From positions 22,010,001-22,074,000 of the forward strand of contig NC_043004.1 of the NCBI RefSeq assembly GCF_006345805.1: 64,000 nucleotides of DNA. Direction: 5' to 3'. Within the stretch, counting starts at the first letter, position 1, and every line of letters starts with the position of its first letter. The position numbers were made by a program, and so were the translations under genes. The DNA comes from Octopus sinensis. Its lineage: Eukaryota. Positions 54,561 through 64,000 of this stretch are shown piece by piece. The notes beneath the pieces are model-generated. The model saw only the letters and a program-made list of their open reading frames with translations. It had not been told where the DNA came from and ran no database searches.

Positions 54561-55149
54561 TTTAACACGGCGCACGAACTTTTCCCTCAACCTTGTACAT
54601 GTGGAGTTTTTTAGATTAAAGAGCGTTATTAGGTAAATTACAGCAAACAAAACGTTAACTATAAATTGTTGTAATGGTATAAAAGTAGCATATATTTATA
54701 TTCCATTTAACAATGAAATAAATATTATAGATTATGGTATATATTTGGGGTAAGTTGGTATTACAGGTTTTGAATATTATAAATAAAAATTTAAGAGATG
54801 TACAAAATAAATGTATACTAATACTATGTTATTAATTATAGTTTATATGCCTATCAGCATTATTTCAATAAATAAGCATACTAAAATCATGGGTTTAAAA
54901 TGTATATGTACATATATATACATATATATATATATATATTTTTGTGAAATAGAAAGATGAATAATCTTGTTGCAGATTAATCAAAAGTTTAACCGATACC
55001 TTGGTAGCAAAAATCACAGCAGAAGCCATCACGGTTGGAGGTACAACCATATGGTGTTGCAACCGTGCGTTGGTGCGGATAATTGAATTTTAATATTATT
55101 AGTGAATTGAAGAAATGGAGTTGAACGAAGATTGAACAGAAATCGTTTT

Positions 55150-55240
55150 ATTGCATTCTACACGTGTTTCGAAAGGCACAATTTACCAAATTCCGATTGA
55201 ATAAGGAGACCATATTGTGTCTTTCTCTTCAGGAAGAAAT
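55150..55240 (-). ncRNA. Minimal type-I hammerhead ribozyme, intact core (left arm)
   Basis: CTGAAGA 55232-55226. Stem II GAAAG/CTTTC plus CACAA/TTGTG. GAAA 55170-55167, C-ACGT-G, GTA cleavage triplet (cut between 55159 and 55158). Stem I TTC/GAA plus TATT/AATA. Confidence 0.75.
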
Positions 55241-55346
55241 AGGAAATCCGTTGGAAAAAACAAAAACAGAACAGAGGCGGAGCAAAACAAATCGAACGAG
55301 GCTCCTAAGAGCCCTGTTCTGTTTTTGTTTTTTCCAGCGGATTTCC

Positions 55347-55440
55347 TATTTCTTCCTGAAGAGAAAGACACAAAATGGTCTCCTTATTCAATCGGAATTT
55401 GGTAAATTGTGCTTTTCGAAACACGTGTAGAATGCAATAA
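55347..55440 (+). ncRNA. Minimal type-I hammerhead ribozyme, intact core (right arm)
   Basis: CTGAAGA 55356-55362. Stem II GAAAG/TTTTC (one G-U) plus CACAA/TTGTG. GAAA 55418-55421, C-ACGT-G, GTA (cut after 55429), GAA pairing with TTC. Confidence 0.75.
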
Positions 55441-55647
55441 AACGATTTCTGTTCAATCTTCGTTCAACTTCAATTCACTAATAATATTATATATATATAT
55501 ATATATATATTTACCTATGTATATTTGCATATAGGTATATAGTAGATAATATCACCCCACATTACGTCTGCGTCCTAAGAAACTACTGTTTACGTTTGTT
55601 GAATAATTGAAAATACGGTTCTCATCTCACATATATACATGTGTGTG

Positions 55648-55679
<32 letters not shown>

Positions 55680-55768
55680 GATATATATACATATATATAT
55701 ATATATATGCGTATATATATGTATATATGCGTATATATATATTTATATATGTGTATATATATGTATAG

Positions 55769-55809
<41 letters not shown>

Positions 55810-56732
55810 TATGTATGTATATGTATGTATATATATATGTATATTTGTATATTTAGATGTTATAATTGATGGTTGTTCTTTGGGTGGGGATGGAAATATT
55901 CCACATACTTTACATATCATAACGGTAAATAGAAATATAGAAAAAATCAACACTGGATGTACAGGTGAAATCACAGACAATCGTTGATTGTAGCCAATAA
56001 GGGAAAGGAGGCTACACATATATACAGTGAGATAGAATGAATGCTAGAGACTAAGAGAGGAGCTGAGTACGTGAGAAAGTATTTATGGGAGCGGATATGA
56101 AATGAGAAATGTATTTTAATTTAACTGTAGCGTAATTATTATTTTTGTTTTAAAAAAAGATTTCATTTCATCATATTTTATAGATATCTGTTCACATTTA
56201 CTATGTGTTGTATGTATAGGACATCCTGATGAGGGGAGTGCCAATTTTAAGTATATGATATGTCTAATATTAATTGGCGCATCTCCGGACTTCTGTGTAT
56301 CTTTGTAAACTTATATTTTTGTAAACGTGTATAATTATTATCTTCTATGGACATTTCGCTAGAATTTTAATTCGTCTTTTAATATGCCATTGTATTCTTT
56401 ATTTTTATTTATTATTATACTTATTTCTCTTATTGGAACAAATTTATACTAAATGTTTTAAGGTGTTATATGCAAAATTTATATTTTTAATGATATATTT
56501 ATATATTACTAAAATTTTAAAATTTTTAGATGTCGGGCTTTATAGATATAAATGAGTATATGAAGATATGTATGTGCTTGGTCTTTCGGTAGATTTTGTG
56601 ATGTTCCTGTGGCTGTTGCTCGTATTCCCACCCCTCGGATAAAAAAGGGTATACAGCTCATTAGAGCACTTCTATTTCCAGTCCGTTGTATATCTTGAGC
56701 GTTGTTGTCACTCAAGATATAACTTTATATTT

Positions 56733-56791
<59 letters not shown>

Positions 56792-57331
56792 TTGTTGGCT
56801 GTGAATCGCTAGTATCAGCTAATTCTTTTTCTTCCCTATATATTCACGAGAAGAAACAAGCATTATTTCAGCCTTCACAATCTACAGCTTAACAACTGGT
56901 GAGCGATAGTGCTTCAATAGGATTCGGTTGTTACTGAATTTCAGATGAATAGCGTAGAGCAACGTGAAATTGTGTCTCAATAAAGCGCACATCAATCTGC
57001 CTCGACAGGGATGGAACTTATGACATTCTGATTATGATTCCAACAAAACTAACCGTTTCCTTTCAGTCGGCTTCACTGTATCTATGTATTTCTTAGCATG
57101 CGTGTGTTCATATGTGAGCAATGGTTGAGTTTCTGTATGTATAACTAGATACGTATGATTCCGAGTTCAACTTTCTATTTATCGCTAAAATATTCGTGAA
57201 TAACGACAGTAGGTTATACAGACACCTTTAACATCGGCAATCAACTAAATATTCAAATGAGCACTGTTAAAGTTTCAGTGAATGTTACATAATTCACTAT
57301 TGAGACACGAAATATCGTAAAATTCCCACGA

Positions 57332-57479
57332 TAGAGTAGCTATAATATTTCGTGATAAATGTCCATTGAATTCTTCTAATTAGAATATAGGTTAAGAATG
57401 TTAACGGCTTCTAGCCTAGCATAGCAGCAAAAGCTTCCTATACTTCACTGAATAAACGAGAAGACGGGTGTAGGAATAT
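57332..57479 (+). repeat. ~145-bp repeat, inverted copy at 59371-59514
   Basis: The reverse complement aligns by eye (roughly 80%) to 59371-59514. Confidence 0.8.
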
Positions 57480-57834
57480 GGACGTTTTACTGAAAATTAA
57501 AATATCATAGCATATTTCGTGACAATTGAGACAAAAGGTTCATTTACTGTGACTTTGCCATTGTATATAATTATTCTCTGAACTATTGTTGTATAATTCA
57601 ATCTTGCTGTTATTCTATCAATATTGATTTAATAGATTCTAAGTTAACGCAAGATATTGATAAATATTCAAGGTAGGACACACAATTTCTCTCAGCTAGA
57701 TGCTTGTGTAATTTTTCTTCATTAGATGGAAGGTTGCTGTGTGTATTATAGCAACACATACGGAATGTTTAACATATTTTCTTGTTTCTTTTTTCTGAGA
57801 AGCCCTTCTCTTGGTCTCTTATTTTGTTCAGGAA

Positions 57835-58684
57835 TGAGGGAGGGGTTATCCAAAAGAAAACGGGATTTTGGAATATTATTTTATTCATTTAGATTTACAT
57901 GATTACACTTTTATCCCCCCGTCCTCCCCAAATATTCTCCATTTGAAGCAAAGCATCGGTCCAGGCGCTATTTCCATTATTCGAAACTTGCAAAGTGATG
58001 ATTTTTAACGCCTTCGTCCACATCTTCAAATTTTGTAGTACCACCTTTCATCACCAGCGATGACCTTCGAAAAAATGTCCTTAGCAAATTCCAGTTATTC
58101 TTTCAGTTTACGACAGGCATTCAGTCGTGTCTGTTCTTGATCTTCCGTGAGCAAGCGAGCCACAATTTTTGCAGCAACTCATTTCATTCGCAATTCCTCG
58201 GTCATGTTGATATAACGTAAGTCATATTATATCAACATGTTCGTCAACTATTCGGTTCATGAATTTTCAAGTTTTCATTCGTTCGAGAGTTCGATGGTCG
58301 TCCTCAACGAAGTTGTTTTTCAAGCGACAAGTGACCATTTCTAAAGCATGGAAACCATTCATAACTTGTGTTTTGTTCATAGCAGTGTCCTTCTAAGTTG
58401 TTGGAATGATGGCAACTGCTTTGGCTGCTGTTTTCCAAGGCATAACGCAGAATTTCATGGAAGCATGCCGTTCTTTCGTTTTAGCTATCGCAAAAATCGA
58501 CGAACAGGGAAGCACTACAAAACAAAGACGCACAACATGACAGCAAGATACCCCTAAGGAATGACACCAGTCGGCAGACTGACGTCTGAGGGCTGCATAG
58601 GTGGCTTCTAGCGGCGGAAGCCTGAACTACAGAGGGCTTGTCCCACAGAAGATGAATACAGTTAGTTTCGCGTACCCTCTCGTA
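57835..58684 (-). mobile_element. Mariner deletion derivative, same family as 689-1917
   Basis: TIRs TA-CGAGAGGGTACGCGAAACTAAC (58684 end) and ~GAGGGAGGGGTTATCCAAAAGAAAACGG (57835 end). Relics AMNKTQ..EWF.CF.NGH..RPS.SRTNEN..ARLLTEDQEQTRLNAC..VIAGDE..FEDVDE..WK*RLDRC. Confidence 0.85.
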
Positions 58685-59534
58685 TACTGAATTATTTGTC
58701 ATTCTATGTGTTCCTATCAATCGATACAATTTTGGTTTGTGACATATATCATTGTTCACTCTGAATAACACTGGAAAGATTTGTGATACTCATTCTACAA
58801 ATCTAATACCACGCTAGAATTTATTCCCCCAAATTTGTCATAATGAAAACTTAGAATCAATATTCAGAAAACTCTCAGGAAATAACTGCCATGCTTATTT
58901 TTAATTTTGGAACAACACCAACACGTCTTAGCTTCTTGGCCCGGGACAAGCACTAGACCAGATGGAAAACAACACATGAAAATATGTCAAATATACCGCG
59001 TGTGTAGTTTTAATATACACAGCACCCTTCGATCTAGTGAAGAAAAATTACACAGTCATCTAACTGAATATAAATTGCGTCCCATCCCGAATATTTATTA
59101 TCTTGCGTTAACTTAGAATATTGATAGTATAACAACAACATTGAAATATGCAATAACGGCTTAAAAGAAATAACTATATAAAATGGAAATATTACGGTAA
59201 ATGAACCTTTTGCCTCACTTTTCACGAAACCTGCTATGATATTTTAAGTGTGTGAAACGTGAAAGACTAAAAAAAAAAAAAAATCTTCAACACGTCAATA
59301 AAGGTAGCGATAAAATAAGTCGATTGTTATGTAAATACATACATCTTTTTACATCGGTAGATAATGGGAAATATTCCTATACCCGTCTTCTCATTTATTG
59401 ACTGAAGTACCTGAAGCATTTGCCGCTACGCAGGGCGAAAAACAGTTAACATTCTTAACTTATATATAATTAGAAGAAATCAACAGACATTTATCACGAA
59501 ATATAGCTTTTCTATATATATATATATTCAAAAT

Positions 59535-59737
59535 GTGACCGCGTGTGTACCGCTGGCGATTTTTTTCCCTCTGTCTTCCCTTCTCTGGATCTTTCCTTCA
59601 CCTATGTTTCCGAAGAAGAGCTCCGCTCGAAACGTTAAACCCGCCTTCTTTCCTTCTTTCCTGAGCGTCCAATAATACTATATTTGTTCCACGTCCTCGC
59701 CTTGTGGTTTTTTGTGCTTTCATGTTTTGATTAACTA
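59535..59737 (+). mobile_element. Family H2 hammerhead-bearing element, copy 3
   Basis: GTTT-CCGAAGA-A-GAGC-TCC-GCTC-GAAA-CGTT-AAAC at 59606-59640. (TA)n on both sides. Confidence 0.8.
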
Positions 59738-59877
59738 TATATATAACAATAAGGGTTTTGCAACAACTTGCTTGACCACATACCGAAAATTTTAGAAATA
59801 GCAGCCAAATGACTACTATTTCCTTTTTCTACATAAATATGTCTCCACAGACAACAATATTTGTAACTTACACATGG

Positions 59878-59911
<34 letters not shown>

Positions 59912-60075
59912 CTTTAAAAAAATTTTATCAATGGCTAGCATATCAAAAAATACCTTTAAAGTTTAAATTTATAAATAACTTATAAAATAATGGCAAAAGA
60001 AAAATTCTAATGTCAAATATGCCGAAAAACGACAAAATTGTCAATAACCATTATAAATTATGCGTCTCGAAACGC

Positions 60076-60162
<87 letters not shown>

Positions 60163-61023
60163 ATATATATATGCATATATACATGACTGTACGTCTGTAT
60201 ATAATTGGCATGAATAAGTATGTAAAACTTGTATGCAGGTATGCAAACATGGGTTATGCATCTTCTTAGAGGCTGTGACTTGAACTCAGGCTCAAAATTA
60301 TAAAAGGAAGTGGCGATTGTAAAAATCATATATACACTTTAAAAATGTATTATTTCCTTCATATTCCCTTTGCAAATAACTTCCCATGAAATAGGCATCT
60401 TGATCTCCTTAACATGAGTCTACCTATCAAATGCGACGCACAATGTGTGTATGTCTCTGTGTTATCTGTGTTTGTACGTCTGTCATATGTTTCTGTGTGT
60501 GTGTGTGTGTGTTTGTGTGTAAATGTACAATACATTGATATATCGATTGAATATCAAATATGATTAAATTTAGAAAATACCACTAAAAAACAATTAATAT
60601 AAGAGAAACACTTATTCGGCTGAAGTATAATGAACAGATGAAATTAAATGTCGCTTCAAGATCTCAATATAGCCTTTATATTTATACGGGAGAGCAGAAT
60701 TATTGTTCAGATTTCTATATTCTTTTGAATATAATGATAAGTTGATAGCATCTCGTTAAAAGATATTGTGTGTGAAACGTGAAAAACTAAAAAAAAAATC
60801 TTGAACACGTCAATAAAGATAGCGATAAAATATGTCGATTGTTATGTAAATACGTACAGCTTTTTACATCGCTAGATAATGGGAAATATATATATATGTA
60901 TGTATGTATGTATGTATATACATATGTACGTATATATACATATATAATATACATATATATATGTGTATATATATAATATATATACACACACATACATGTA
61001 TATATACATATACGTATATATAT

Positions 61024-61071
<48 letters not shown>

Positions 61072-64000
61072 ATATATATATAATATATATATATAGTATA
61101 AAGTGCAAGAAGAGAATCTCATATTTAGGATGGAATCGAAAAACTTTGCCTATAGGAAAGTGAAGCAGTGTGTAGAAACTTTTCTGAGAACGTGGAAATA
61201 AATTACTAGCTGCAGTAAATTTTGGGTTAGTGTAAATATCTTTTGTTGTCACGCAGTGTTGAATGCTTACATTGTTATATTTGTATGCAATATAGATACC
61301 CGCATAGAATACACATATGCCCATGTATATATATATGTATATATATGTGTGTGTGTGTGTGCGTGTATGTATATGTATGTTTATATATATACGTATATAC
61401 ATACATATACATAAGTATATACATATACACAGACATACATTCATACTTTTTTCCTTTTTCGGCGGCTTCTACCTGTGAAATTTGTGCTAAACAATAGGTT
61501 TAACTACCTGAAACAGGCCAGTAACTGCGACTAAAAGCATACAGCTGCAAGCACAAGAATAAATACTTATAAAGATTTTTTGAGATTATTTAAAATACTT
61601 ACACAAGCACGAACGTGTATATACATAGACGCTACTGGCAACATGTAATCCAGCTGCGTCATCGGTGACTAAAGTGGTAACCCCAAAGTTGATGAGGATA
61701 GGGATAGTGATCCGGTGGGGTGAAAAACAAAACCCCTTCAAAGAGCGCACGAACAAAAGAAAGTCGACAACCGTTTAATAAAGTGCTAATGCGCTTGGAC
61801 TAGTGGTTTGGGTGTTGCTATCATGGATCACGAGATTGTGGTTTTCATTCCTGGTCTAGCTGTGCATTGTGTTCTTGAGTAAAACATTTCGTTTTATGTC
61901 ACTGCAGTCCACTAAGCTTTTCATGGGTAACGTTATGACGGATTGACGTACAAGTGTGAGATCGTGACTCAAGATACACGACTTAAAGGAGGCATCGTTA
62001 TCTATTTCTTGTATTCAACGATCGAAAGGATGAAAACTACAACTCGTACTGTGATTCCCGACAGGTTTGGATCGTTTTTTAAGCATCTCGAAGGATGACA
62101 ATCACACACATACACACACAAATACACACACATACACATACATACATACATACATGCATACATACATACGTACGTATATGCATGTGTGTTAATGTGCGTT
62201 TGTGTGTGCGTGTGTGTTTGTATAAGCACTTGACATTGATCTGGTTAAGGGGTATATATGAATAAATGTTTGCCAGGTAAAATTTTTAAAGTTTGCCTCT
62301 CTGAACTATAAATTGACATTATGAGCTAATGAGTGTCAACAGTATATGATTACCACTGTACCTAACCAGGAAGCTGCAAAAATATATTATTGTAATACAT
62401 CATTGGAAAAGTAGACGAGAATTTAGATAAGTATTAAGTATGGAGGAAAGATAACAATAGATGCTAAACGGATTAATCACTCTTACTTCGTCCAGAAGTT
62501 TGTCTTTGTATTATATAGAATTACGCTCATACACCCATTGGAAAAGACGGGAATGTTTATTTTGAGAGAAAATTAAGGTGAACAGAAGCTCAGTGACTAT
62601 AAACAGCTTAGTACAATAGAGAAAAAGAAGACTAATCGGGTGCTCACTGATACACATGCATTGTATTGATAAGCTTTCGAAGTAACAGGATGAATTTACA
62701 TTTAAGAATGTGCATCGATATTATTCGCATGTAAACTACTGGAACGAAACAAAAATTGTTATAAGTATCAGGAGAATTCGAAAAACTTGTACTATTTACA
62801 GAGATAAGTCAGTTGGCTTGTTACTATATTCCATCTCAAATTGGTGCTAGAATATTCTATGGTTCGATTTAATAATAAACTTTTTCTTGATTTATTAATA
62901 ATATTTAGAAGATCAGCCTTATTTCTGTGTTTGTATTGACAGTCGTACATTAGGCAAATCGTATATATGAAAGATTGACCATAAATCTGCAAAAGAAATA
63001 CGTGAACTAGCCAAATAAAAAGAGCTGATTTTAGATATAAACAGAATGTCCGTATTGAAACTGAAACAATGTCCAAAATGGGAATGGCAATGGAGGTGCA
63101 GATACATAGAATGAAAGAATGACAGAGATTATCAATAGTAGGCAGCGAGTATGATTTGGTGGATTGTACTACGCTTAGTCAAGAGCAGACGCTAATATCC
63201 TCACGTACCGCCGAAACCTTCATGATGTGACGGCTAAATGAAATGAATACTCCACAAGGAGACGAATGTAATTTAATACTGAATAACAATGTACTAACAG
63301 TTGTTGATAAATTACGAATAATGGTAGGCGGATAATTTGAGACAACACTCATGTATTGCAAGTTTTCATCGGCTCCTTTAAATGGTAAATATTTATTTGT
63401 TTCTTTTTCCTTTTAAGCTTATGTCTGAAATATATGTGCATATTTATTTCAACTCTGAGGTTTAAGTTCAAGTCTGAAAATTACTTTCAGCAATACTTTC
63501 CTAAGCTATCTGCTTGATGAAATAAATCGAACATCTACTCGATATAGACACATTTGAATATATTAATCTTGTTTGACAATGTAAAATAAATGTCCTATGT
63601 TCACAGATTTTTGCTTAACACTTTTATCATCTGGCTATAATTGTATCACACAATCAAGCTCCAGGAGCAAAATATATGTAGTTTGACACTATCAAAATGT
63701 CCAAGTTCCACTGGCCAGTTTTAGTTTACCACATGAAAACTAAAGTGAGAGAAAGGCTGCAGCTGCGCAGCCAATGTACCAAGAAACTTAAATTCAGCAA
63801 TTGAGAATGAGATATTCATACCTAAAAGTCATTTTGAAATTACCTTTTATTTCTCTTCGGTCTTCGCAGGACAGAGGATACAGACGCGTCCTTCACCAAC
63901 AAAAGTTTAAGCAATATAGAGCAAATTTTTTTATTAATACTTACAGCTTCAATTACCTATGCTGAGTTCATATTTCTTTTGTTTATTCTTTTGTAGTCAA

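Larger units (their letters stand above)
55091..55489. repeat. ~400-bp near-perfect palindrome (arms 55091-55274 and 55314-55489, 39-bp spacer)
   Basis: Arms differ by 3 substitutions and one 8-bp indel. Right end runs into (TA)n. Confidence 0.97.

Noticed and set aside
63840-63950. Splice-like signals (TTCGCAG/G acceptor on +, AAAAG/GTAATT and GCT/GTAAGT donors on -)
   Set aside because: No consistent open exon with a recognisable product, and such signals arise by chance.

Overview
AT-rich, microsatellite-saturated, non-coding eukaryotic DNA. The SINE families resemble, from memory and unchecked, those of octopus, so the source is probably a cephalopod. I found no recognisable host exon, rRNA, true tRNA or CRISPR array, and nearly all ORFs in the supplied track are microsatellite artefacts. 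The real content is transposable elements. These are several tRNA-derived SINE families, a young 5'-truncated CR1/L2-type LINE with an open RT frame plus a 135-bp sibling 3' end, older CR1-type and R4-type LINE relics, two mariner deletion derivatives, and Penelope-like elements (PLEs). The most notable signal is a dispersed set of minimal type-I hammerhead ribozyme (HHR) motifs in short non-coding repeats. The best case is a ~400-bp near-perfect palindrome (55091-55489) whose two arms each encode a hammerhead with a complete catalytic core, one per strand. All alignments and folds were done by eye.
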